Shown: one piece after another, positions 36,641 to 45,899 of the stretch
Layout of the letters: each line of letters starts with the position of its first letter
Numbering within the stretch: the stretch's first letter is position 1
Source: Clostridia bacterium
GTDB lineage: Bacteria > Bacillota > Clostridia > Oscillospirales > CAG-382
Length of the DNA stretch: 64,000 nucleotides
Assembly (NCBI GenBank): GCA_017630915.1
Contig: JAGBUH010000253.1
Span: 5,196-69,195, forward strand
Direction of reading: 5' to 3'
Notes under the pieces: model-generated
Databases searched by the model: none
What the model saw: only the letters and a program-made list of their open reading frames with translations
What the model was told of the DNA's origin: nothing
Made by a program: the position numbers and the translations under genes

Positions 36641-36672
36641 AAAAGAATCCACTTACAAGTGGATTCTTTTTT
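36641..36672. terminator. bidirectional rho-independent terminator between convergent genes
   Basis: A 9-bp GC-containing stem (36644..36652 pairs with 36659..36667) is extendable by A-T pairs, has a TTACAA loop, and has an A-run on the left and a T-run on the right. Confidence 0.8.
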
Positions 36673-36686
36673 ATGTACAGATTTAA

Positions 36687-37580
36687 TTAACCCCAAAGGT
36701 TTTCGGGATATTCACCTGCGTCAATTTTATCATTAAGGAATTTCTCGAAATCGGGTTTGTCAGTACGATAGGTAACACCCATCCATTTAGCCGGCGTATG
36801 AATGACTTTACAATCAAACGCATTAGCTTTTACACCCTCGTCAATAACGTTGGGGATATAGTATTCATCCTTTATCAAATCGGTTTTCGGGTTACGCAAG
36901 AAGTTTGCAAAACCGGTATCGACGTATTGGAAAATATCGGGAGTGAAGCCCCAGAAGTTCATAGAAACGGGAGAATTTTCGTCAATATCAGCCCATTCGC
37001 CGTTTTCGGTTTCGTACTTGGTGACACCGTCTATGCGCATAATTTTCTTTATTTCACGAATGTTTGTAATCATGTCGTTTTCGGTTACACAAACGCCACG
37101 AGCAACGTGACCGTTTTCGGAAAGGGTGTTAGCAAGAGTATAACCGGGCATAGCAAACAACTTCGAATTCACGTCGCTAAGGCATTTAAACATATTTTCA
37201 AATGTTTCTCTACCATAAAAGTCGTCGGCATTAAAAATAATAAACTTATCGTCTACAATATTACGGCAAGCACGAAGTGCATGAGCAGTACCCCAAGGCT
37301 TAACTCTGTCAGCAGGACAAGAAAAACCATCGGGAAGGTCAAGCGAATTTTGGAACGCATATTCAATTTTTACATTACCCTTGATACGCGAACCGATTGT
37401 TTCCTCAAAGGATTCAAGGTTTTCTTCTTTAATAATAAAAACAATTTTATCGAAACCTGCGCGGATACTGTCATATACAGAGTAGTCGATGATGAATTCA
37501 CCATGTCGTCCGACAGGATCGATCTGTTTTAAACCGCCGTAACGGCTTCCGAGACCTGCTGCAAGGATAACTGATGTCAT
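36687..37580 (-). CDS. sugar-phosphate nucleotidyltransferase family protein
   Basis: 297 aa. The N-terminal ILAAGLGSRYGGLKQ matches the G-x-G-t-R nucleotide-binding loop. The specificity is unknown. Confidence 0.7.
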   Translation of the reverse strand: MTSVILAAGLGSRYGGLKQIDPVGRHGEFIIDYSVYDSIRAGFDKIVFIIKEENLESFEETIGSRIKGNVKIEYAFQNSLDLPDGFSCPADRVKPWGTAHALRACRNIVDDKFIIFNADDFYGRETFENMFKCLSDVNSKLFAMPGYTLANTLSENGHVARGVCVTENDMITNIREIKKIMRIDGVTKYETENGEWADIDENSPVSMNFWGFTPDIFQYVDTGFANFLRNPKTDLIKDEYYIPNVIDEGVKANAFDCKVIHTPAKWMGVTYRTDKPDFEKFLNDKIDAGEYPENLWG

Positions 37581-37599
37581 AATAACTCCTTTTTCGGCA

Positions 37600-38820
37600 T
37601 TAGCCGATCATTTCTTTTGTTATTTTTAACGTTTTAACGTTTTCGTCAGATGGGATTTCATACATATATTTGGTCATAATACCTTCGGTAACGGCGCGCA
37701 ATCCTCTTGCACCGCTTTGCAATTTATAGGCCTTTTCGGCAATTGCATCAATGGCATCATCATCAAATATAAGTTCAACACCATCGTACGAAAACAACTT
37801 TTGATATTGTTTAATGAGGGCGTTTTTAGGTTCTTTAAGAATACGAACAAGAGCCTCTTTATCAAGTGGTTCAAGTGTTGCAATAACAGGAATTCTGCCG
37901 ACAAGTTCGGGAATAAGACCGTATTTAACAATGTCTTGTTGTGTTACGTGTTTAAAATCCGAACCTTTTTTGCGTTCTTCCAATGTAGGCGCAGTTGAAT
38001 TATAACCAACCTTTTGGTGTCCCATACGGGTTCCTACTATATCGCGTAAACCATCGAACGCACCGCCGCATATAAAGAGAATGTTCGACGTATCGATTTG
38101 AATAAATTCTTGATTCGGGTGTTTACGTCCGCCTTGAGGAGGAACGTTAGAAACTGTGCCTTCAACTATTTTCAAAAGAGCCTGTTGTACACCTTCGCCC
38201 GAAACGTCACGGGTAATTGAACGGTTTTCGCTCTTGCGCGAGATTTTATCAATCTCGTCGATATAAATAATACCGCGTTCTGCTTTTTTTACATCAAAAT
38301 CCGCCGCTTGAAGCAAGCGAACCAAGATATTTTCAACGTCTTCGCCGACATATCCCGCTTCGGTAAGCGTTGTCGCATCGGCGATAGCAAACGGAACATC
38401 AAGCATTCGCGCAAGGGTTTGTGCAAGTAAGGTTTTACCTACACCCGTAGGACCTAACAGCAAAACATTACACTTGCTAAGTTCAACATCATCGTTTTCA
38501 CGCTTTTCCGAAATTGAATTGATACGTTTGTAATGGTTATATATTGCAACCGAAAGTGTAATTTTTGCATCATCTTGACCGATAACATATTTGTCAAGTT
38601 CTGCCTTGATTTCGGCAGGTTTGGGCAATTTCAAAGGCGCATTTTCGGTTTCTTCAACAACCTCGGCATTAACCACGCTTTCGTTATACTCTTCGGATAT
38701 TTCCAAACAAAGAGTTAAACATTCATCGCAAAAATCAATTCGATTGCCTTGAATAGAAAGGTTGGTTACATGCGAAGAAGGTCTGCCGCAAAAACCGCAT
38801 ATATTTCTTTTATCAGCCAT
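37600..38820 (-). CDS. clpX: ATP-dependent Clp protease ATP-binding subunit ClpX
   Basis: It has the C4 zinc finger CGFCG...CDEC, Walker A GPTGVGKT and full-length ClpX collinearity. Confidence 0.95.
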   Translation of the reverse strand: MADKRNICGFCGRPSSHVTNLSIQGNRIDFCDECLTLCLEISEEYNESVVNAEVVEETENAPLKLPKPAEIKAELDKYVIGQDDAKITLSVAIYNHYKRINSISEKRENDDVELSKCNVLLLGPTGVGKTLLAQTLARMLDVPFAIADATTLTEAGYVGEDVENILVRLLQAADFDVKKAERGIIYIDEIDKISRKSENRSITRDVSGEGVQQALLKIVEGTVSNVPPQGGRKHPNQEFIQIDTSNILFICGGAFDGLRDIVGTRMGHQKVGYNSTAPTLEERKKGSDFKHVTQQDIVKYGLIPELVGRIPVIATLEPLDKEALVRILKEPKNALIKQYQKLFSYDGVELIFDDDAIDAIAEKAYKLQSGARGLRAVTEGIMTKYMYEIPSDENVKTLKITKEMIG

Positions 38821-38828
38821 AAAATCGT

Positions 38829-39419
38829 CTATTCTCTTTTCCCTAACACTTTATCAACAAGTCCGTACTCTTTTGCGGTGAACGCATCCATATAATTATT
38901 TCTGTCGGTATCCTTTTCGATATCCGAAACGTCCTTGCCGGTTGCGTTGGCAAGAAGTTCATTTAACATTTTACGGATACGTTCCATTTCAGCCGCTTCG
39001 ATTTCAAGATTTGTTGTTTGGTCTTGAAAATGTCCGTTTATAAGGGGTTGGTGAATCATAATCTTTGAATGAGGAAGCGCGATACGTCTTCCCTTTTCAC
39101 CGCACGCAAGCAAAACCGCAGCCATGCTCGCACACATACCGATGCATATAGTGCTTACAGGACATTTTATATAATTCATCGTGTCATATATCGCCATACC
39201 CGCGCTGATTGAACCGCCGGGCGAATTGATATAAAGCGAAATTTCCTTATCGGGATCCTGACTTTCAAGATACAGCAACTGTGCAACAACAAGCGAAGCG
39301 ACTGTATCATTTATAGGTTCACCGATAAAAACAATCCTGTCGTTAAGCAGACGCGAGAATATATCATAAGAACGTTCTCCTCGTGAAGTCTGCTCGACTA
39401 CCATCGGCACCAAAGACAT
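38829..39419 (-). CDS. clpP: ATP-dependent Clp protease proteolytic subunit
   Basis: 196 aa with [19 protein letters not shown], a catalytic Ser block GMCASMAA and IMIHQP. Confidence 0.95.
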   Translation of the reverse strand: MSLVPMVVEQTSRGERSYDIFSRLLNDRIVFIGEPINDTVASLVVAQLLYLESQDPDKEISLYINSPGGSISAGMAIYDTMNYIKCPVSTICIGMCASMAAVLLACGEKGRRIALPHSKIMIHQPLINGHFQDQTTNLEIEAAEMERIRKMLNELLANATGKDVSDIEKDTDRNNYMDAFTAKEYGLVDKVLGKRE

Positions 39420-39435
39420 AATATCAACCTTTCAA

Positions 39436-40722
39436 TTATTTTGTGGTAATAACAGCGTTTTCTTTAACAAGATCAACCGCTTTGCGAAGAACGATATCTT
39501 CGGAAATGCTGGTTTCGGGAATACTGGATTTAACAGTTTCGATATCTACATTATAGCCTGTTGCAATCTTCTTATATTCAGCTTCGATATCCTTTTTAAG
39601 AGCCTTGATCTTTTCGGTCTTAACAATCTTGGAAAGTGCAAGTCTTGTCTTAACCTGTTTTTCGGCATCTGCTTTGAAGTTTTCGCGAAGTTGTTCCATT
39701 GTCATTCCGGTATATTGGAAATACATTTCAAGATTACCGCCCTGAGATTGCAAACGGTATTCATAATCGCGAATGTAACCGTCGATTTCCTGTTCGATCA
39801 TACATGCAGGAATTTCAACTACGGTATTTGCCAAAAGCGCGTCAACAAGTGCAGTTTCGAGTTTGTTTTCAGCAGACTTTTCTTTGCGTTCGGTCAATTT
39901 TGCCTTAACGTCAGCCTTGTATTCATCAACAGTATTGAATTCAGAAACATCCTTAACGAATTCGTCATCAAGTTCGGGAAGTTCCTTAACTTTAAGTTCA
40001 TGAAGTTTGATTTTGAATACAACTTCTTTACCTGCAAGATTTTCAGCGCCGTAATCTTCGGGGAAGGTTACGTTAATATCAAATTCTTCGCCAACGCTCT
40101 TGCCGATAATCTGTTCTTCGAAACCGGGAATGAAACTACCGCTGCCTAAACCGAGGGGGTACTTTTCACCCTTTCCGCCTTCGAATGCTACACCGTCAAG
40201 AAAACCTTCAAAGTCGATAACCGCTTGGTCACCATCTTTTGCAGGACGGTCTTCGACAGACAACATACGAGAATTACGTTCGCGTGTTGCGTCGATGTCC
40301 TTCATGATATCTTCGTCGGTTACTTCAACCGATTCTTTTTCAACTTCAAGTCCCATATAGGAAGAAATTTCAACTTCGGGTTTAGTCCAAACTGCAGCCT
40401 TTAATTTAACACCCTTATCGTCGATGGAAACAACGTCAAGTTCAGGACGGCTTACAACATCGAGTTTGGTAGAAGCAAGTGCTGCTTCGTATGCTTCGGG
40501 AAGAAGATTGTCAAGAGCTTCATCGTAAAATACGGTTGCGCCGTAAAGTTTTTCGATAATGTGCTTGGGCGCTTTGCCTTTACGGAAACCGGGTACATTC
40601 ATTTTTGCAACGTTCTTACGGTAAACCTTATTGATTTCCGCATCAAACGATTCCTTATCAATAAGGAATTCAAACTCATACTTATTCTTTTCAATTTCTT
40701 TCGCTTTGATAGATGCCATCAT
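39436..40722 (-). CDS. tig: trigger factor
   Basis: 428 aa with the ribosome-binding loop GFRKGKAP, a central FKBP-like region, and the tig-clpP-clpX gene order. Confidence 0.93.
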   Translation of the reverse strand: MMASIKAKEIEKNKYEFEFLIDKESFDAEINKVYRKNVAKMNVPGFRKGKAPKHIIEKLYGATVFYDEALDNLLPEAYEAALASTKLDVVSRPELDVVSIDDKGVKLKAAVWTKPEVEISSYMGLEVEKESVEVTDEDIMKDIDATRERNSRMLSVEDRPAKDGDQAVIDFEGFLDGVAFEGGKGEKYPLGLGSGSFIPGFEEQIIGKSVGEEFDINVTFPEDYGAENLAGKEVVFKIKLHELKVKELPELDDEFVKDVSEFNTVDEYKADVKAKLTERKEKSAENKLETALVDALLANTVVEIPACMIEQEIDGYIRDYEYRLQSQGGNLEMYFQYTGMTMEQLRENFKADAEKQVKTRLALSKIVKTEKIKALKKDIEAEYKKIATGYNVDIETVKSSIPETSISEDIVLRKAVDLVKENAVITTK

Positions 40723-40758
40723 GGATCCTCCAAAATAAACATATTATTACACCTATTC

Positions 40759-40786
40759 ATTGTAGCAAAAAATCCCTAAAAGTCAA
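40759..40786 (-). promoter_or_regulatory. tig promoter (TTGACT-16-TACAAT with a TGn extension)
   Basis: On the minus strand, TTGACT is at 40786..40781, the spacer is 16 nt ending in TGC, and TACAAT is at 40764..40759. Confidence 0.5.
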
Positions 40787-40855
40787 GTATTTTTAAGGAT
40801 TTCTATTGTTTTTTGACTCTTTTGTAACGATTTTTGAAATAATACTGTTTTAAGG

Positions 40856-40884
40856 TTGATTTTTTATGCTATATTGTATATAAT
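40856..40884 (+). promoter_or_regulatory. sortase gene promoter (TTGATT-17-TATAAT)
   Basis: TTGATT is at 40856..40861, the spacer is 17 nt and TATAAT is at 40879..40884. A GGGAGG RBS at 40895..40900 follows. Confidence 0.5.
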
Positions 40885-40907
40885 AGTTGACGAAGGGAGG
40901 AAATATA

Positions 40908-41876
40908 ATGAACTTAAATAATAACAATGCGTTTGAAGAATCTGTTTCTTCTTTTTCGCACCAAAACATTAAAGGTAATCCCGATGCCGAAAAACGTGCT
41001 ATGATTCCTTCACTCATCGCCCGAAGCGTTTTAATTGCCATTTGCATCGGACTTTTCGGATATGCTATTTTTATGATAGCATCAAGCGCAATAGAAACAA
41101 ATGCCGCAAACGATTTTTACGACAGTATACGCGCCGAAGCAAACGCATCTGTCGTAAAACCTTCTCCCTCTTTACGCGAACCTGCTTCCCTCCTCACGAT
41201 GAAGGATAGCCTTAACGCAGACGGAGAAGCCAAAAACTACGTTTTAGGCGATGATAATGGACAATATCCACAACAAAGAAGTGCGATGTACCGCAACTTT
41301 CTCAACAATGCTGCTAAGTATCCGGATATGTACGGTTGGATATATGTAAATCATACTAAAATCGATTACCCGATTATGAAAGGTCCTTACTCGAATTATT
41401 ATATGGACCGCGACATAAACGGAAATCCTTCTGTTAACGGCAGTATCACAGCTGATTCTTCGCTTTCCGACGTATACTCAGAAAACCCAAACACCGTTAT
41501 TTACGGACACTGTATGAAGAACGGAATGATGTTCAGAACACTCAAAACTTTCATGGAAAGTGCCAACAGAAACACCTTGGCAAAGGATATGAGCATTGAA
41601 GTTTATACAAAAGAAGGTTTATATATTTATAAGGTATTAAGCGGTTACCGTAAAGATGACAACGCTTACGCTCAAACCGAATTTGAAGATACCGAAGAAT
41701 ATAAAGCATTTCTCGATTTAGCAGTTTCAAGGAATGAACTTCGAGTTTCGGCTAATTATTCAGCGGATTCAAAAATCGTTACTCTCATCACCTGTGCCAA
41801 TGTAACAATGAACGAAGACGAACGTTATGTGCTTCACGGTGTTTTAAGTGCGTTTATCCCTGCAAATCAACTTTAA
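40908..41876 (+). CDS. srtB: class B sortase
   Basis: It has an N-terminal TM segment, the motifs GWIYVNHTKIDYPIMKG and VIYGHCMKNGMMF, and the catalytic TLITC. The ATG at 40908 follows the RBS; the track start at 40887 is a TTG. Confidence 0.8.
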   Translation: MNLNNNNAFEESVSSFSHQNIKGNPDAEKRAMIPSLIARSVLIAICIGLFGYAIFMIASSAIETNAANDFYDSIRAEANASVVKPSPSLREPASLLTMKDSLNADGEAKNYVLGDDNGQYPQQRSAMYRNFLNNAAKYPDMYGWIYVNHTKIDYPIMKGPYSNYYMDRDINGNPSVNGSITADSSLSDVYSENPNTVIYGHCMKNGMMFRTLKTFMESANRNTLAKDMSIEVYTKEGLYIYKVLSGYRKDDNAYAQTEFEDTEEYKAFLDLAVSRNELRVSANYSADSKIVTLITCANVTMNEDERYVLHGVLSAFIPANQL

Positions 41877-41883
41877 TCAACGC

Positions 41884-41921
41884 AAAAGAACGTATGCCTC
41901 AACAAGCATACGTTCTTTTTT
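41884..41921. terminator. bidirectional rho-independent terminator
   Basis: An 11-bp stem (41887..41897 pairs with 41906..41916) has an 8-nt loop, with AAAA on the left and TTTTT on the right. Confidence 0.8.
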
Positions 41922-41936
41922 CATTCGGCAAAAAAC

Positions 41937-43175
41937 TCAATGGTTATTTGCCTGTAATTCAAAATATTCTTCCAATCCGCATACGTTAAATGCCGATACA
42001 TAGGTACGTGCATATCGTTCATCGCCAATTGATTTATAGAACGCATAAAACGGATAAACCAATTTGTTTTCGGGATTTTCAACATATTCTATACCGACTT
42101 TATCGTAATTCGAAAAATCGACATCGGATTGATTCTCCATACACCATTTACAGCTATGTCCTCCAAAAACATATCCTTGGTTTAACAAAGCCTCAGCTTC
42201 TTCAAGAGAAATTGTTTTATACGAACCGATTTCTTTCATTTTCGAAGATGAACCATAATAAAACAGCGCATTCAACGAAATATACTCGTCGGGATTAACT
42301 CGCGAACCAATAGATAATGAAATATGAGATTCCCCAAATAGCATCGGTCGCCCGTCAACATAAAAATCTTTTTTTATTTCATCATCGTAAATATAAACAT
42401 CATATTCATCGGTTGAAGTTCTTTTGTTGACAATAATATCACTGTATTCAATTCCGAATTTTCTTTGCAAATACGGCAATATTTCTAAAACCGAATTATA
42501 TACTTCCTGATAGGTGCAGTTTTTATTAAGGTATATCGTTTTCCCGTCAATATATATTGAATCCTTTAAAGTTCCTCCCATTTCCATTTCGTAATAATCA
42601 AAATTGACATTTTGGCTTTCAAAAGCCGACAACTGTTCTCCGTTAGGAAGCAAACCAAGCATAATGTTGTCAAGCGATTCAAACGTTAAAACTTGATATG
42701 CATTTGTGGATGCATCCATGCGTTTAGGAAAAAAGGTTGCTATTTCCGTAGCCGTAAAATCCCCGTTATCGTTATTGTTTATCGGTGGAATTTCTATGCT
42801 TTCGTCATTCAATGTGTTTCCCGAAATATCCGAATTTTCAATATCGGAGGATTCGATTACAGGTTCACTTATATCGCTGCTATCGTTTATGTCATCAACA
42901 GAAAATGAAGTAGTAGAATCCTGTTCGCTGTTATTGTTTAAACTTTCAAGATTACCGATATCGGTGCTGTAACCACCTATTGGTCCTTCGGGTCTGTTGA
43001 CGAAATGCGAAAGCGTAAACACCGTACATATCAACAAAACAAGGCATGCCGCAACCAACACGACACGTTTTACAACGCCAACATGACGTTTTTGTGGTAT
43101 ATGATTAGGCGCAAGTGCTTCGATATATTCGTTTGAAACAGAAGAAAGCGATGTGAATATTTGAATACCTTTCAT
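41937..43175 (-). CDS. single-pass membrane protein downstream of the ECF sigma gene (anti-sigma/sensor candidate)
   Basis: 412 aa. A short cytoplasmic N-terminus is followed by one TM (VVLVAACLVLLICTVFTL), an acidic Ser/Asn/Asp-rich linker, and an extracytoplasmic domain of about 270 aa that I do not recognise. An AAGGAG RBS precedes the start. Confidence 0.4.
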   Translation of the reverse strand: MKGIQIFTSLSSVSNEYIEALAPNHIPQKRHVGVVKRVVLVAACLVLLICTVFTLSHFVNRPEGPIGGYSTDIGNLESLNNNSEQDSTTSFSVDDINDSSDISEPVIESSDIENSDISGNTLNDESIEIPPINNNDNGDFTATEIATFFPKRMDASTNAYQVLTFESLDNIMLGLLPNGEQLSAFESQNVNFDYYEMEMGGTLKDSIYIDGKTIYLNKNCTYQEVYNSVLEILPYLQRKFGIEYSDIIVNKRTSTDEYDVYIYDDEIKKDFYVDGRPMLFGESHISLSIGSRVNPDEYISLNALFYYGSSSKMKEIGSYKTISLEEAEALLNQGYVFGGHSCKWCMENQSDVDFSNYDKVGIEYVENPENKLVYPFYAFYKSIGDERYARTYVSAFNVCGLEEYFELQANNH

Positions 43176-43715
43176 TTATAAACTCCTTTCTAATAAGATA
43201 TTTTTTCAGCCGTTTGCGTATACGCATCAAGCGCATTTTCACGCTTGCTTCGCTTATGCCGAGAAGACGTGCGGTATCAAAACCGAATTCGCTTCATAGT
43301 ACCTAAGCAGGAATAATTGTCGGTTAAACGCATCTTCTTCGGCAAGGAAACCGTTAATTGCATCTGCAAGCGCGTCGTTAGACACTTCAACGGATGGTGA
43401 CGCAATACAATTCTCTAATTCCTCAAAAACGGCTGTCATTCCAACACGTTTTTCGGCAGAAAGATATTTGTATCTATCAATCGCAATATTACGTGTTATG
43501 ACCGAAAGATAGGCAAACAAACTATCGGGATGTTTCGGCGGAACCGTATTCCAAAGACGCAAAAGCGCATCATTAAAACACTCTTCCGCATCGGATTCGT
43601 TACCGAGTATGTTGCAAGCGATACGAATACATGACTGTGAGTATTTTTGTTGCACTTCTGTCAAAGCAGTTTCCGAGCGCTCATATAACAAACTGATTAT
43701 TTCATTATCGTTCAC
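43105..43715 (-). pseudogene. ECF-type sigma-70 factor interrupted by a 1-nt frameshift before region 4
   Basis: The GTG start at 43715 follows a GGAGGG RBS. The ORF track frame ends at 43254 (...RYYEANSVLIPHVFSA*). Shifting one base near 43278 gives SVL-DTARLLGISEASVKMRLMRIRKRLKKYL, a canonical region-4 HTH, and that frame runs to a stop at 43105..43107. Confidence 0.65.
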
Positions 43716-43785
43716 AAGTAATCCCTCCTTTTTTGCCTTTCACCTATTAAGACGATTTTTTTTGTAAAAAGTAACGCTTAATTTG

Positions 43786-43812
43786 AAAGAGGCTGTATAA
43801 AACAGCCTCTTA
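43786..43812 (-). terminator. rho-independent terminator after glycerate kinase
   Basis: A 9-bp stem (43788..43796 pairs with 43802..43810) has a 5-nt loop. On the minus strand it is followed by TTTC. Confidence 0.6.
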
Positions 43813-43815
43813 TAC

Positions 43816-44919
43816 TTAAAAACGAGATATAATTTCCTTTGTTTTTTCTATCAGTAATTCATAAGCGTGTTCGATACAATAATCAACGCTATGATTTTCG
43901 GATACGAGCGAATAACATTCATCGGCACCTATATCGTAAAGTGCTTCATAACCGTTTGAAAGTCCGCCCGACAAAACTATTGATTTAACGCCCGATTCAT
44001 TTGCAGATTTAACAACAACGCTAACTAATTTACCAAATGCGGTTTGGTAATCGGAGTTACCCTCGCCTGTTATCAGCAAATCGGAGCAAGACAATGCTTT
44101 TTTAAATCCGTCGGAATTAACAAGCAACGACGCACCACTTACATAAGTACCGCCAAGGACAGAAAGCACAGCCGCACCGACGCCCCCCGCCGCGCCCGAA
44201 CCCGCAATATCAGGATCTATTCCGAGTGCAGATGCGAAAGAAAATGTCCATGCATCAAGTAATGCAACTTCTTCCTCACTCGCTCCTTTTTGTCGTGAAA
44301 AGACTTCTGCTGCACCGTTTTTTCCGCAAAGGGGATTTTTAACGTCACAAGCGGCAGTGAATTTAACACCCGCAAGGTCTATCATTTGGCTCTTATCAAC
44401 ACTTTTAACGAAATCCAAGGACGTTGGGCGAGGTATTAAATCATACCCATCTTCATCTAAAAATCGCATGCCCATTGCTGAAAGCATACCTATTCCGCAA
44501 TCGTTTGTTGCAGAACCGCCAAGACCTATAATTATATTCGTTGCGCCAAGTTTAACTGCCTCACAAATAAGTTCACCCGTCCCGTATGTGTTAGCAACCA
44601 AAATGTTGCGTTCTTCTTTTGGAACAAGGGGCAACCCCGAAGCAGAGGCAAGTTCGATAAACGCCGTTTGAGTTTCTTTATTAAAGACAAATTCAGCAAA
44701 ACCACGATTTCCGAGAGGAAACGTAACTTCCCTTTTTATTAAATCGCCGCCGTAAATATTCCTCATACAATCGCAAAACCCCTCACCACCGTCGGACGAG
44801 GGGAATTGCACAACATCAATACTATCTGAAACTTTTAAAATGCCCTCGGTTATCGCCGCGCAAACTTCTTTCGAAGTTAGGCAGCCTTTATATGAATCGG
44901 GGGCGAGCATCACGCGCAT
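43816..44919 (-). CDS. glxK: glycerate kinase
   Basis: It has MRVMLAPDSYKGCLTS and full-length GlxK/GarK collinearity. The start at 44919 forms a TAATG overlap with the upstream stop, and the track start at 44964 lies inside the upstream gene. Confidence 0.85.
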   Translation of the reverse strand: MRVMLAPDSYKGCLTSKEVCAAITEGILKVSDSIDVVQFPSSDGGEGFCDCMRNIYGGDLIKREVTFPLGNRGFAEFVFNKETQTAFIELASASGLPLVPKEERNILVANTYGTGELICEAVKLGATNIIIGLGGSATNDCGIGMLSAMGMRFLDEDGYDLIPRPTSLDFVKSVDKSQMIDLAGVKFTAACDVKNPLCGKNGAAEVFSRQKGASEEEVALLDAWTFSFASALGIDPDIAGSGAAGGVGAAVLSVLGGTYVSGASLLVNSDGFKKALSCSDLLITGEGNSDYQTAFGKLVSVVVKSANESGVKSIVLSGGLSNGYEALYDIGADECYSLVSENHSVDYCIEHAYELLIEKTKEIISRF

Positions 44920-45887
44920 TAAGCCCAGAACATCCCCTTGGGCGCAGGATCTTTCATGATGCATTGTTTAAGGAAATCAACCGCTTTTTCGAGCCCTTCT
45001 TTTGATGTCATAAGGCTGTCTTCATGTTCAATAGAGAGAATATCGTCATAACCGACAAGACGCAAATTGCTGATCATGTCGCGCCAATATTGCATGTCGT
45101 TGCCATAGCCAACCGCACGGAATATCCAAGAACGGTTAATTTCATCACCATCATGCTTGGTATCAAGCACGCCGTTGACAGCGGTATTGAGAGAGTCAAT
45201 CTTGGTATCTTTTGCATGGAAATGATATATTGCATTGCCGAGTTTACGGATTGCGGCAACAGGCTCAATTCCCTGCCAAATCAAATGCGACGGGTCAAAG
45301 TTTGCACCGATTATATCACCGACTGCTTCGCGAAGACGGAGCAACGTTTCGGGATTATATACGCAAAAACCGGGATGCATTTCAAAACAAATCTTTTCGA
45401 TACCGTGTTCTGCACAGAACTTTGCTTCTTCTTTCCAATAAGGTATCAAAACATCGTTCCATTGATATTCCAATACCGCAAGATAATCTTCGGGCCAAGG
45501 GCATGTTACCCAGTTGGGATATTTGGAATTTTCGGAATCTCCGGGACAACCCGAAAAACCGATAATCTTTTTGATGCCTAACTTTTCAGCCAAAAGAACG
45601 GCATTACGCCAATCGGTTCTAAATTTATTGGCAATATCTTTATCGGGATGAACAGGGTTTCCGTGACATCCGAATGCGTTTATTTTTAAACCGTATTTTT
45701 CAAACGTAGCCTTAAACTCATCGAGTTTTTTATCGTCGTTAAGAAGTTCCTCGGGGTTACAATGCGCTTTTCCGGGATAACCGCCTGCGCCGACTTCAAG
45801 TTCTTCAATGCCGATGGATTTAAGGTAAGCGAGAGCCTCATCAAGCGGTTTATCACCGAGCAAAACGGTTATTACGCCTAATTTCAT
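44919..45887 (-). CDS. xylose-isomerase-like TIM-barrel protein (sugar phosphate isomerase/epimerase family)
   Basis: 322 aa with a metal-site pattern (E in CFEMHPG, D in NFDPSH, H in HFHAKD, E in SIEHED) typical of the AP_endonuc_2 family. Confidence 0.75.
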   Translation of the reverse strand: MKLGVITVLLGDKPLDEALAYLKSIGIEELEVGAGGYPGKAHCNPEELLNDDKKLDEFKATFEKYGLKINAFGCHGNPVHPDKDIANKFRTDWRNAVLLAEKLGIKKIIGFSGCPGDSENSKYPNWVTCPWPEDYLAVLEYQWNDVLIPYWKEEAKFCAEHGIEKICFEMHPGFCVYNPETLLRLREAVGDIIGANFDPSHLIWQGIEPVAAIRKLGNAIYHFHAKDTKIDSLNTAVNGVLDTKHDGDEINRSWIFRAVGYGNDMQYWRDMISNLRLVGYDDILSIEHEDSLMTSKEGLEKAVDFLKQCIMKDPAPKGMFWA

Positions 45888-45899
45888 TTATGTTACCTC

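Noticed and set aside
8566-36700. Mobile-element boundaries (integrase, transposase, direct repeats, tRNA target) flanking the low-GC glycan island.
   Set aside because: No integrase, transposase or recombinase ORF is present. There is no tRNA gene, and I found no matching direct repeats at the borders by eye. I therefore describe the island only as a compositional mosaic, not as a mobile element.
36798-37532. A 244-aa ORF antisense to the nucleotidyltransferase gene. Similar antisense ORFs occur at 45024..45581, 46119..46622, 11786..12322 and 39691..40149.
   Set aside because: Each is nested opposite a gene with clear family motifs. None has an RBS or a recognisable domain, so I treated all of them as non-coding shadows.
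43751-43775. A possible ECF-type autoregulatory promoter (GTTAC-16-CGTC) upstream of the sigma gene.
   Set aside because: The -35 is a poor match to the usual GAAC-type box, and short CGTC motifs occur by chance. The evidence is not enough to call it.
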